Positions 23,453 to 34,700 of a DNA stretch of 64,000 nucleotides are shown one piece after another. Numbering within the stretch: position 1 is the stretch's first letter; every line of letters starts with the position of its first letter. Both the position numbers and the translations under genes were made by a program. Source of the stretch: Cyanophora paradoxa CCMP329 (taxonomy: Eukaryota > Plantae > Glaucophyta); assembly GCA_004431415.1 (NCBI GenBank), contig QPMI01000531.1, forward strand, positions 62,001-126,000, in the 5' to 3' direction. The notes under the pieces were generated by a model. It had not been told where the DNA came from, ran no database searches, and saw only the letters and a list, made by a program, of their open reading frames with translations.

Positions 23453-26400
23453 CTACTGGAAGTCGGGGGCGGCGTCGAGGCCGGAGGCGGCGGCGGCGAG
23501 GGCCTCGGCCCCGAAGAAGTCGTCCTCCCCCAGCTCGTCCTCCTCCCCCGCCCCCTCGTCCGCCAGCTCGAGGCCGAGCCGCGCGAACGCCTCCTCGGCC
23601 ACCTCCTGCGCGCGCGCGCCCTCGCCCTCAGCCCGGCGAGGGCCGCCGGGGGCCCCGGGCCTGGGCGCACGGTGAACTTGAGGTAGGCGCTGTGGATGCT
23701 GCCGATGCCGCCCGTGAGGCGCTCCGCCTTGGCCTCGGGCAGGCACCCGCCGTTGGCCTCCTGCGCCAGCTCCTCCACCTCCTCGAGGGCCTCCCCGGCC
23801 TCCTCCGCCGCCTCCTGCGCCGCCTCCGCCTGCTCGGCCGCCTGCTCCGCCGCCTCCTCGCCCTCCTCCGCCTCCTCCTCGGCCTCCTCCAGCATCTCCT
23901 CGAGGGCCTCGCGCTCGGCGGGGGAGGCCGCCTCGTCGGCGAGCGCCTCGAGCAGGGCCGCCTCCTCCGCCGCCGCATCCGCCTCCTCTTGGGCGTCGCG
24001 GGCGGCCTCCTCGGCCTCGGCCGCCTCCTCGCGCGCCTCCTCCGCGTGCTCGTGCGCCTCCTCCGCCGCCGCCTCGGGGTCCTCCTCCGCCAGCTCCTCG
24101 ATCGCCTGCCCGCCGTCAGCCCGGCCCGCCGCCCCGCCCCGCCCGCCGCGAGCCGCCCGGGGCCGCGCACCTCGAGCTCGGCCTTGGCCTCCGCGATGAT
24201 GGCCTGCGGGGGCGGCCCCCGCGTCGGCCCCCGCCCGCGCGCGCGCGCGCGGGGCGGCCGGGGCGGCTATGGGGCGGACCTGGGCCTCGGTGGTGACCTC
24301 GGGGACGGAGGTGGCGATCTTGTGGACGGCGCTCTTGATGTCCGCGACCTCCTCCTTCATCGCCGACACCTCGCCCCGCACCTCCGAGAGCTCCGCCTTC
24401 ACGCCCGCCACGTCCCGCCTCAGCGCCCCCACCCCGTCCTCCTCATCCTCCTGGACAGCCGGCCCCGTGCTCAGCGGGAGGCCGCCGCCTGCGGCGCCCC
24501 GGGGCCCCTCGTGGGGCGCACCGTCTCGGGCGAGGCATCGCGGGACTCCTCCACGGCCTCCTCCGCATCGGCCACGGTCTCCTCCACCGTTGCCTGCGCC
24601 CACCCACCCGCGTCGGCCCCTGTGCCGCGCCGGGCGCCACGCGGAGCGGCGCCGGCGGTCGGGGAGCGCTGGGGCGGACCTGGGTCTCCTGGACCTCCTG
24701 CTGCTGCTCGTCAACGGTGTCGGCGACGATGTCGGCGACCGCGTCCTGCGCCGCCCGCTCAGCCGCGCCCCGCGCCGCGCCGCGCCGCCGGGGCGGCGGC
24801 GCACGATGGCGGGGCTGCTGGTCTCGGCGGCGAGGGTCTCGGCGTCCTCCTTGATCTCGTCGAGCTTGTCGGCCTCCTTGTCGAGCTTCTCCTTGGCCTC
24901 CTCCAGCTTTTCCTGCTTCTCTTTGAGGTCCTCGCGCAGCTCGGCCTGCTCGGCCGGCGTGTCCGCCTGCTGGAGCTGCTCCTGCGCCTGCTGGAGCTCC
25001 TCGGCGATGTCCTGCACCTCCGCCTGCGCCTCCTCGATCTTCTCGACCGCGTCGGCCGCCGCCTCCTGCAGCTCCTGCGCCTGCTCCACCGGCTGCTCAC
25101 CCCGCCCCGCCCCGCCCCGTCGGCCTCGTGGCTTGGGGCGCCCCGGGCCCCTCGCGGGGCGCACCGTCTCGGGCGAGGCATCGCGGGACTCCTCCACGGC
25201 CTCCTCCGCATCGGCCACGGTCTCCTCCACCGTTGCCTGCGCCCACCCACCCGCGTCGGCCCCTGTGCCGCGCCGGGCGCCACGCGGAGCGGCGCCGGCG
25301 GTCGGGGAGCGCTGGGGCGGACCTGGGTCTCCTGGACCTCCTGCTGCTGCTCGTCAACGGTGTCGGCGACGATGTCGGCGACCGCGTCCTGCGCCGCCCG
25401 CTCAGCCGCGCCCCGCGCCGCGCCGCGCCGCCGGGGCGGCGGCGCACGATGGCGGGGCTGCTGGTCTCGGCGGCGAGGGTCTCGGCGTCCTCCTTGATCT
25501 CGTCGAGCTTGTCGGCCTCCTTGTCGAGCTTCTCCTTGGCCTCCTCCAGCTTTTCCTGCTTCTCTTTGAGGTCCTCGCGCAGCTCGGCCTGCTCGGCCGG
25601 CGTGTCCGCCTGCTGGAGCTGCTCCTGCGCCTGCTGGAGCTCCTCGGCGATGTCCTGCACCTCCGCCTGCGCCTCCTCGATCTTCTCGACCGCGTCGGCC
25701 GCCGCCTCCTGCAGCTCCTGCGCCTGCTCCACCGGCTGCTCACCCCGCCCCGCCCCGCCCCGTCGGCCTCGTGGCTTGGGGCGCCCCGGGCCCCTCGCGG
25801 GGCGCACCGTCTCGGGCGAGGCATCGCGGGACTCCTCCACGGCCTCCTCCGCATCGGCCACGGTCTCCTCCACCGTTGCCTGCGCCCACCCACCCGCGTC
25901 GGCCCCTGTGCCGCGCCGGGCGCCACGCGGAGCGGCGCCGGCGGTCGGGGAGCGCTGGGGCGGACCTGGGTCTCCTGGACCTCCTGCTGCTGCTCGTCAA
26001 CGGTGTCGGCGACGATGTCGGCGACCGCGTCCTGCGCCGCCCGCTCAGCCGCGCCCGCGCCGCGCCGCGCCGCCGGGGCGGCGGCGCACGATGGCGGGGC
26101 TGCTGGTCTCGGCGGCGAGGGTCTCGGCGTCCTCCTTGATCTCGTCGAGCTTGTCGGCCTCCTTGTCGAGCTTCTCCTTGGCCTCCTCCAGCTTTTCCTG
26201 CTTCTCTTTGAGGTCCTCGCGCAGCTCGGCCTGCTCGGCCGGCGTGTCCGCCTGCTGGAGCTGCTCCTGCGCCTGCTGGAGCTCCTCGGCGATGTCCTGC
26301 ACCTCCGCCTGCGCCTCCTCGATCTTCTCGACCGCGTCGGCCGCCGCCTCCTGCAGCTCCTGCGCCTGCTCCACCGGCTGCTCACCCCGCCCCGCCCCGC

Positions 26401-28700
26401 CCCGCCCCGTCGGCCTCGTGGCTTGGGGCGCCCCGGGCCCCTCGCGGGGCGCACCGTCTCGGGCGAGGCATCGCGGGACTCCTCCACGGCCTCCTCCGCA
26501 TCGGCCACGGTCTCCTCCACCGTTGCCTGCGCCCGCCCGCCCGCGTCGGCCCCTGTGCCGCGCCGGGCGCCACGCGGAGCGGCGCCGGCGGTCGGGGAGC
26601 GCTGGGGCGGACCTGGGTCTCCTGGACCTCCTGCTGCTGCTCGTTGATCGCGTTCAACACAACGTCGGCGACCGCGTCCTTCGCAGTCCCGCCGTGATCA
26701 GCCGCGCCCCGCGAGCGTCGCGCGCGCCGCGCTGCCCGGGCCGCGGCGCACGACGACGGGGCTGCTGGACTGCGTTGCTAAATCGATGGCTTGGTCCTCC
26801 AGGTCGGCGAGGATCTGCGCCTGCTCCTCCAGCTCCGCCTTCGCCTCCTCCAGCTCCCCCTGGTCCTCAACGAGCTCTTCCACCAACTCCTCCTCCTCCT
26901 CCTCCTCGTCGCCCTGCTCGCCCTCGTCCGACTCGCTCTTGTCCTCGAGCGCCTTCTGCTTCTCCTTGGCGTCCTTCTTGAGGCCCTTCACTTTGGCCTT
27001 CGTCCCCTTGACCGCCTTCACGACGCTTCGCACCGCCTCCCGCACCCCTTTCACGATGTCGATCGTGTGCACGTTTCCCTGCAGCGAAAGTTTGTGAATC
27101 AAGCCGCTCCTCTTCATCGATATATATCTCTCCAAGAGCAATTGCAACGGACCTCTTTCTGCAGCTGAAGCTTGGATTTCCACATCTCACGAAGCTCCTC
27201 ATTTTCGCTCTGCTGCGACGGAGCACGATCAACCAAGCTGCCGTCGTTTCCCGCAATTCTAAAGCGTGCAGCTCCAAGGTGTGCAGCTCCAAGGTCTCGG
27301 GCCCCACATCGTCACCCATGGCCAGCCATAAAATTGAATCTGCTGAGCCTCGGAGAACGCGGACCTCTTTCTCCGGCGGCGGGTTGTCCTCGAGAAACTG
27401 CGGTGCAGAAATAATACATGAGCGCTCTTCCATGGCTCTTTCGTTTATCAATAAAGTACGCAATTGTAAAAGCAGCGGACCTTGTTCAGCTTCAGCTTCA
27501 AGGCTTCAATTTGCTCACGGTACCCATCGCGGATTTTCTCAAGCTTCTGCAAAGCATTAATCAAGAGGGGCAGCTTTCGAAGTTTCTGCTGCGCTTATGG
27601 CAACGGACCGCCTTCTGCTTGGGCTTGGCGTTCAGCGTCTCGTCGGATTCCAGTTGAGATTCGATTTGCTGAAGCTCTATCTCTTGAAACTGCAATTGCA
27701 AGGTCGATCTCGGCCCCGAGCGCTATATATTTCTGCCGAGAAAGCAGCGGACCTCGATCTGATTCCTCAGAACTTGTTCCCGACCAGCACGAGACATCTC
27801 TGCCTGCAGAAGGTAATGTTAGAATGCCCTTAAGATCTGCGAAACTTAAGGGCAGCGCCCGCGGCGGACCGATTCCTCCATGGTTATGACTTTCGTCTGC
27901 AGCACGTGGCGGAGCTGTAAGCATTTAAAAGACCAACAACAAAATCACGGCAGGCACGGACCTTTATCGGCCTGGAATCTGAGTCCCCTCCATCCTGAAA
28001 GAGCCGCGGGCGTCAGCGCTAGCCCAGCCAAAAATTCGCAGCGCAAATCTAAAAGTTATTTGGTTGGGAGTCGCGATCGACCTCAGCTGCGCATGCAGAT
28101 TTAGACGTAAGCTTAAGCACGTTCACACTCGCGCGCATTGGCATGCATATATATGAGCGCGTGACCGCCCCGTCACCGATGCTTGCGCAGCAGCAACGCT
28201 GGACGTGCACGTGCACAGACGTGTTCGCGTGTGTTAGACTCTGAGATCTAGACGCGTTCGGGTGGCATGGGGTCGTTGGGTGCGGAGACTCATATGCATG
28301 CGAGTCGGGCCGTGCGCGGCCCTGCTGTGCACAGGCATATGCATGCGTGCGCAAGCGCACGCTGCAATATTTAATGTGCGCGTGCAAAGCGCACCTTCGA
28401 CGCGTTTGCCGCCTCGTCGCGCTGGGCCTTCGCAATCGAAACGCGAAGTGAGTCCACCATTGATCCGGACATCTTGGCGATCTGCGCGTGCGTGTGCATA
28501 TACGCAGCGGTCACATAGCAATCGCAGATGAACCGAAGATCGCGACCGTCGGATCGGCTGACGTCGACCAAATCTATGCACGGCTCCGGGCGCGGGCGGG
28601 CCGGGGATTGCGCATGCTCGCGCACCTAGCTCGAACGAAAGAAAAGGACGCCTTGCTGAAGATTGAGACCGGGCGCGAGTGCTGCGGCTGCAGCTGAGAG
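23453..28700 (-). CDS. Large acidic (E/Q/A-rich) coiled-coil protein; 5' end not resolved
   Basis: Short phase-0 exons with gtccg donors from ~27990 (DGGDSDSRPIK, LRHVLQTKVITMEES, FQEIELQQIESQLE, KLEKIRDGYREQIEALKLKLNK), then repeat exons, ending ...LDAAPDFQ* at 23453. The exon near 28650-28700 is tentative. Confidence 0.75.
24500..26690 (-). repeat. Intragenic tandem array, ~3.3 units of 643-647 bp (3 exons + 3 introns, ~142 aa each)
   Basis: Anchor gcaccgtctcgggcgagg at 24518, 25161, 25804, 26451; exons and introns nearly identical between units. Confidence 0.95.
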
Positions 28701-29281
28701 CGCAGCGAGAACCAGCGACCGTCGGAGGCGCCTCAGTGCGAGCGATGGCTGTCGAGTCCGACCGGCGCAGCGGGGGCGCTTGAAAGCGCTACTAGTACTA
28801 CTAGCCTGAGGCTACTAGTTAGTAGCTATAGCCTATAGCCTACCGTAGTACCAGTACCGCCGGATAACCGTTGAACCGCCGCTAGCGCTAACGCTAGAGC
28901 GAGCCTACGTATACGTAGTACGTACTATGTAGTACGCCATGGTGCAAGTTGCGAACTTGCAACTGCATGCCGCAGTGCGAACCTCGAACTCCTACAAAAA
29001 AAGGGTTGCAGGCTCTTTCCCGCAAAAAAACGGCTCTTTCACGGTTGCCGCAGCGCTGAAAAAAAGGTTCGGGCTCTTTATCGGATCCCAAGAGCCTCGA
29101 GAAAATTGAAAAGTACTAGCCTACACATACGTCACCGCATGCATATGAACAGCAGCCGGGCGGCCCGGGCCGCCCGATTAACATTAACATTAGATCTCCG
29201 CGAGCCGCCGTGGTCCGCTGCCGAAGCCAGCGCTATTCCTATGATACGACGCGTGCGATGTAGCCAGCAAGGCCGAGCTGA

Positions 29282-31189
29282 CTACGCCTGGTCTGGCAGA
29301 GCGGCCTGTGTACGCCGGTGAGCGGGGGCGCAGGGCGCCGCGGGGCGGGGGGAAGGGGCGGGGCGCGGGGAAGGGCGGGGGGCGGGCACCCGGGCGGCGC
29401 GGTAGCGGGCGTGGGCCTCGCGGACCCCCGCCTCGGGGGGCAGGCCGTGCGCCTCCACCTGCACCGCCCTGCCCGCCCCCGCCCCGTCAGGCGCCGCAGA
29501 CGGCGGCAGGGCGCGCGGCTCGCGGGGCGGGGGCGGGGGCGGGGGCGAGGGACCGGAGGAGGCGCGGGGAGGCGGCGAGGGCGTCGAGGAAGGCGGCGAC
29601 CTCGTCGGGCGCCTCGTCCCAGTCGAGCCGCAGCCGCACCTGCCGCTCGCCCTGAGCCGCCCCCCGGCCCCGCCCCGCGCCCGCGGGCTGGCCCGGCCAG
29701 CGGCACCTCCATCCCGGGGGCGCCTCCTCCAGCGCCCCAGGAGATCCTCTGCGCACGGAGGGGCGCCCCGTCGCGCGGCGAGGAGGGGGCGGGGCGGGGA
29801 GGGCGGACCGAGGGTGCACGTGAGGCGGCAGGCGTGCGCGAAGCGGAGGCTGCGGAGCGTCGCGGCGTGCGGCCCGCCTGCGCCGGGGGCGGTGAGGGGG
29901 GATGGGGGCCGAGGGCTGGGGGGGCAGGGGCGGGGCGACCTGCGAGCCAGCGGAGGGCGGGGGCGTCGAGGTCGCAGGCCTGCACCGTGACCTCCTCCAG
30001 GCCGGCGAGGGCGTCCGGGGGCACCCCCTCGGGCCCCGGCAGCCGGCAGAACTCCAGGCAGAGCGCCGCGGGGACCGCCGCCGCGTCGACCTCGCACGGG
30101 CGCAGGACGGCGGCGAGCTGCGCGGCCGCCCCCGCGTCGCGGAGGTCGAAGGAGTCGTCCCCGAGGAGCGCGAGAGCGCGGCAGCGGACGCCGGCGGCGG
30201 CGAGGGCCCCCAGCGCCGGCCCCACGTCCTCGAACATGAGCGCCACGTCGAAGCAGGCGCGCAGCGCCGGCAGCCGCTCCAGAAGCTCCGCCCCGCACGC
30301 AGGCGACACTGACGCCCCGAGCTCCTCCAGCCGCCCCAGCCGTGGCAGCTGCCGTCCGTGAGCCGTCGCGGCACGGCTCGACCGGGGGCTCTCCGTACCC
30401 GTTCGATCTCGTCGATGCGGCCCAGGCTACCGTCCGCGCACCAGAGCCGAAGGGAGCGGAGCGCGGGGGCGAGCCGCTCCAGTCCGTCGACGCGCAGCAC
30501 CAGCGCCGCCGCGTCGTCCAAGCCCCCTGCGCGTCGCTTCCGGTCACACGCATACCACCGGGGCCGCACGCGGCGGCGGCCCTCGCGCACCGGCGGCGAC
30601 CTCGAGCGCCTCCAGCCGCGCCCCGCACGCCGCCAGCACTTCGGGGAGCCCGCAGCCGCCCGCGGGGAGGTCGTCCGGCGACCCGAGTGCCGCGGAGCAA
30701 ACGTTGATCCGCGGCAGGCCCACAGAGCAGACGCTGATCCGCAGCCGCGAGACGCCCGCGCAGATGGGGTGCCGCACCACCTCGGCCGCAGCAGCGACCG
30801 AGAGCGCCCGCTTCTCGTACGTATCGAGCCGGAGCTGCGCGGCCCGGAGCCCCGCGTGTTCCGAATCGCTCCGCGGCCGCCTCGACGCAAACTCCCGCCG
30901 TTTTCTTCGCAGCAAGCCCCGCGCGTCTCCCTCCGGCACATCGCCGGCGATCCTGCGCTGCTGTCAGGGCGCACAGAAAACTGCGATGCGTCCGAACGCA
31001 CACAAGATCGAGAGAGGTATTGTGCGGCGGTTCCCTGGCCGCCTGCGCCCACTTCTTGCACACCGCGGCGGCCCTGAAGCGCTCCTGCATGTCGAGCCGC
31101 ACGAAGATGCTCGCTAGCAGCTCCGGAGGCAGCAGGTCCGCATTGCAGAGTGCTGTTTCGAACGGGCCGGGGTCAGCGAGAACGCGCAT
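29282..31189 (-). CDS. F-box/LRR-like protein
   Basis: DLLPPELLASIFVRLDMQERFRAAAVCKKW F-box; LRR-like LAPALRSLRL, LAGLEEVTVQAC, TLRSLRF, PRLLRSL; many short introns. Confidence 0.8.
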   Translation of the reverse strand: MRVLADPGPFETALCNADLLPPELLASIFVRLDMQERFRAAAVCKKWAQAAREPPHNTSLDLVCVRTHRSFLCALTAAQDRRRCAGGRRAGLAAKKTAGVCVEAAAERFGTRGAPGRAAPARYVREAGALGRCCGRGGAAPHLRGRLAAADQRLLCGPAADQRLLRGTRVAGRPPRGRLRAPRSAGGVRGAAGGARGRRRCARAAAACGPGGMRVTGSDAQGAWTTRRRWCCASTDWSGSPPRSAPFGSGARTVAWAASTRSNGYGEPPVEPCRDGSRTAAATAGAAGGARGVSVACVRGGASGAAAGAARLLRRGAHVRGRGAGAGGPRRRRRPLPRSRAPRGRLLRPPRRGGGRAARRRPAPVRGRRGGGPRGALPGVLPAAGARGGAPGRPRRPGGGHGAGLRPRRPRPPLARRSPRPCPPSPRPPSPLTAPGAGGPHAATLRSLRFAHACRLTCTLGPPSPPRPLLAARRGAPPCAEDLLGRWRRRPRDGGAAGRASPRARGGAGGRLRASGRCGCGSTGTRRPTRSPPSSTPSPPPRASSGPSPPPPPPPREPRALPPSAAPDGAGAGRAVQVEAHGLPPEAGVREAHARYRAARVPAPRPSPRPAPSPRPAAPCAPAHRRTQAALPDQA

Positions 31190-31755
31190 GGCCTGCGCTT
31201 AGCGACGGCCTGCGGCTGGGGTAGGCGCACCGGCTTCGGTCATCAGAACGCTGCTCTAACTATGTAGATCTAGAGCAGGAACCGAGCAATTAGCTATAGC
31301 TATAGCGGCGGCAGTGGCTGCTCGGGTACAACGTTGGCGCTGCGATGCCGGAGCTCGGGTACACGCGTTTCGGGCCAACGTTGGGGTACGCTCGGTTCGG
31401 CCCAACGTTGGGTACGCCCGGTTCGACCCCACTTTCAAATCGGGCGCAGCGCAGCTATCAAGTCGTTCTCGATCTTGGTTCGGCTGGCTATGGAAAAGCT
31501 CTTTGCGCATGCAATAAATCATGTCTTGCAATAAGAGGTCCGAACAACTATACACGGCAAGCTATGCAGTCAAACCTAGGCCTACGCTGGAGCCAAAGAG
31601 AGAGCAGGAGAGGAGAAAGGGAAAAGGCGGGAGCACGGGGGAAGCGCCGGGCCGCGTTGCGCGTCGGGCGGAGGAGTGTCGAGTCACCCCGCCGCGTCAC
31701 GCGCGGTGCGGCGCCGCGCGGAGCCCGGGACCCCGGGGAGGACGGGGGAGGGCGG

Positions 31756-34700
31756 CTAGTCCTTGGAGCAGAGGAGGGAGACGCCGCGGAGGATCCACTT
31801 GTTGGGCGGGTCCTCCGTGCGGACCTCCACGTCGAAGACGTAGTTCAGGTCCGTGCGCCGCGGGATCTTGTACACCGGGCACATGTACCTGCGCGGCCCC
31901 GCGCGTCAGCGCTCGCCGGGCGCCGGCGCGCGGCGGGGCGGGGCGCCGGGGGCGGGCGGGGGCGCACCGGACGCCGTCCTGCTTCTTCTCGGACTGGGTG
32001 ACGGCGGTGACGTAGAGGATGGGGATCGGGGAGAAGAGGATCTTGGGGGGCGAGTCGACGAGCTTGTTCTCCTTCTTCGACCACGAGGCGCCGTCGAGGA
32101 AGAGGCCGTAGATGTAGACGCCCTCGTCGGGGCCCTGCTTGCACTCCTCCTTCTCCAGCTTCATGATGTCCGTCGAGAAGACGACGTCGTCGAGGGCCCA
32201 GCCGTTGTGCTTGCGCGTCACCTCCTGCTTGACGGCGGTGAGGAAGCCCTGGGGGTTGAAGAAGCCGGTGAGCCAGTAGCAGGGGGGGCGGCCGTTGGTG
32301 ATCCATGAGGTGAGCTGCTCGGCGCGGCGGAGGAAGCCGTCGAACCAGAGGCCGACGGTGGGCGAGGGCCAGGAGACCTTGAGCCAGGCCGAGGGGACGC
32401 GGGCGTCGTAGAGCGAGTCGAGGCAGTCCTGCAGCTGCGCCGACATCACGATCGTCCCCGCGATCGCCAGCTTCAGGTCCAGCAGCATGCGCCGCGTGAT
32501 CCCGATCGCCTTCTGCAGCCGGTCGATCTCCTGCCCCAGGAAGATGTTGAGCGGCTTCGGCCCGCCCTGCTTCTTGATCTTCTCCTTGACCTCCTCCTTG
32601 TTGTAGTCCGCCGGCATCTTGGCGAGGAGGTCCTCGGCGATCTTGAGGACGATCTCCTCGCGGGTGAGGCCGCCGGTGGCGCCGCCCGTCTTCGGCTGCG
32701 TCTCGATGATCGTCGCGATCGTCTCCGTCGACTCCTTCGTCCGGAACGTCAGGTCCGCGTTCGCGTGCATCCCGAAGATCTGCCGCCCCGCGCGCGGTCA
32801 GGCACGGGCGATCCGCGGCGCGCGCGGGCTGGCGGGCGGGGCGGGGGCACCTCGGGGTTGTCGATGAGGGCGAGGGCGTCGATCTCGGCGCGGTACTTGG
32901 CGATGTCCGTCGAGTTCGGGATGCGGTAGCCCGGGTAGAAGACGAAGTTGGGGTCGAAGATGCGCGGGTTCAGGTACGTCTCCGCGTACGTGTTGAAGAG
33001 GCGCCGGTCGAAGTCGTCCGTGATGCGCCCGCCGTACTGGATCTCCGAGACCATGTACCGCACCGTCGTCCAGCTGATCGGGAGCTTCTTCGCCTCGCAC
33101 ATGAAGAGGTGGTTCTTGATGAAGGAGACGCAGGCGGAGAGGTCCGACTGGTTGAACTCGTACGGGATGTTCCACCCGAGGGGCCCGAACTTGCGCCGCT
33201 CCTGGACGACCGAGTGGAGGAAGCAGGTGGTGTAGAGCATCTGGCGCCACTCCGGCCGCGACACCGTGTCCAGCATGTCCTGGTTGACCCACAGGTACGA
33301 GCGCTTGAGGCCGGCGCGGATGCCGGCCGGCGCCTCGTTCGTGATCTTGATGGACATCTGGAGGAGGCCGATGGGGAAGCGCGGGTGCGGCTCGCTCGTG
33401 ATCCAAAGGCGGAACTCCGGCTCGATCTCCTCCATCTTGCGCAGCGTCTGCTCGAGCTCCACCAGGTAGTTGAGGCCCAGGTGGCAGTTCTGCAGCAGCA
33501 CCCAGTTGCCCTGCTGCACAGCCGTCGTGATCAGCTTGCGGGCCTGGATCTCCTGGCCCTGGCCCATCGAGATGGCGGGGCAGTGCTTCTTCTTCTTCTT
33601 GGCGAGCTCGAGGATGGAGTTGGTGGGGTCGGCGCCGGGGCTGAGCAGGCAGACGAAGGGCGTGCGGCAGGTCGACTCCTCCCAGGTCGCCTCGAAGGAG
33701 AGGGGGATGGGGTCCACGTAGCGGCGCCCGATGGCGTCCGTGATGTAGTCCTGCGCCGCCAGCAGCGTGCGGTCCTCGCGGAGCGACCGCACGATGAGCA
33801 TGCGCTGGAACTTGTTGAGGCGGTCCTCGTAGTCGGGGATCTTGCCCGTCTCGGGCGTCTCGAGGTCGTACCACGCCTTCCACTGGGAGTCGCCGCGGTA
33901 GAGCGAGTCGGGGAGGTCGCGGAAGACGGCGATGGAGGAGAGGGCGATGCAGTTGAGCCAGGCCGAGTCGGAGAGCCACTCGAAGGGCTTCTTGCGCGCC
34001 GACTTGATGTCCAGCGCGGCGCCGCCCTTGAGGAAGGCGTTGAAGTCGTCCGAGCTGATGTCCCCCGTCTTCATCTGGACCTTGAGGGCCATGAGGAGCG
34101 CGAACATGATCTTGTGCCGCTCGAAGAGGCCCCGCGTGATGTAGCAGTACGTCGCGTACGAGAGGTACTCGATGATGTTCTGGATGCGCTTCGAGGGGAG
34201 CGGCGCCTTCTCCGAGCGCGCGATGGAGAGGTCGAAGAGGCCGAGGAACTGGACGAGGGACGTCTGGTACATGACGTTCACCTGGGCCATCTCCGAGATG
34301 AGGAAGTAGAGGATGGAGCCGCGCGTCGCCACCGGGCGGTACTCCTCGCGCGCCACCACGATCTTCTTCTCCGTCTCGCTCGAGTTGGCGAGCTTCTCCT
34401 GCACCTCGGCGGCCGTCTTCTTCGTGTTGCCGAGCACCTCGAGGAGCGACGTGTCGTCGAGCAGGTTGCCCGACGACGAGGAGAGGCGGAAGAGGAGGTC
34501 GTCCTCCAGCTGCTTGATCTTCTTCACGTTCGAGTTGACCTCCTCGAGCAGCTTCTGCCGCTGCTCCTCCAGCTCCGCCTTCTCTCGCTGCACGACGCGC
34601 CCCAGCAGCTGGTCCTCCAGCCCCTTGATCGTCACCGTGAAGTCGATGATGGTCGTCTTGGCGGAGAGCTCGGGCGAGAAGTGCGGGTTCGGCAGCTTGG

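Noticed and set aside
27080-27930. Degenerate LRR/F-box pseudogene suggested by the ORF track
   Set aside because: Better explained as short phase-0 exons of the coiled-coil gene.
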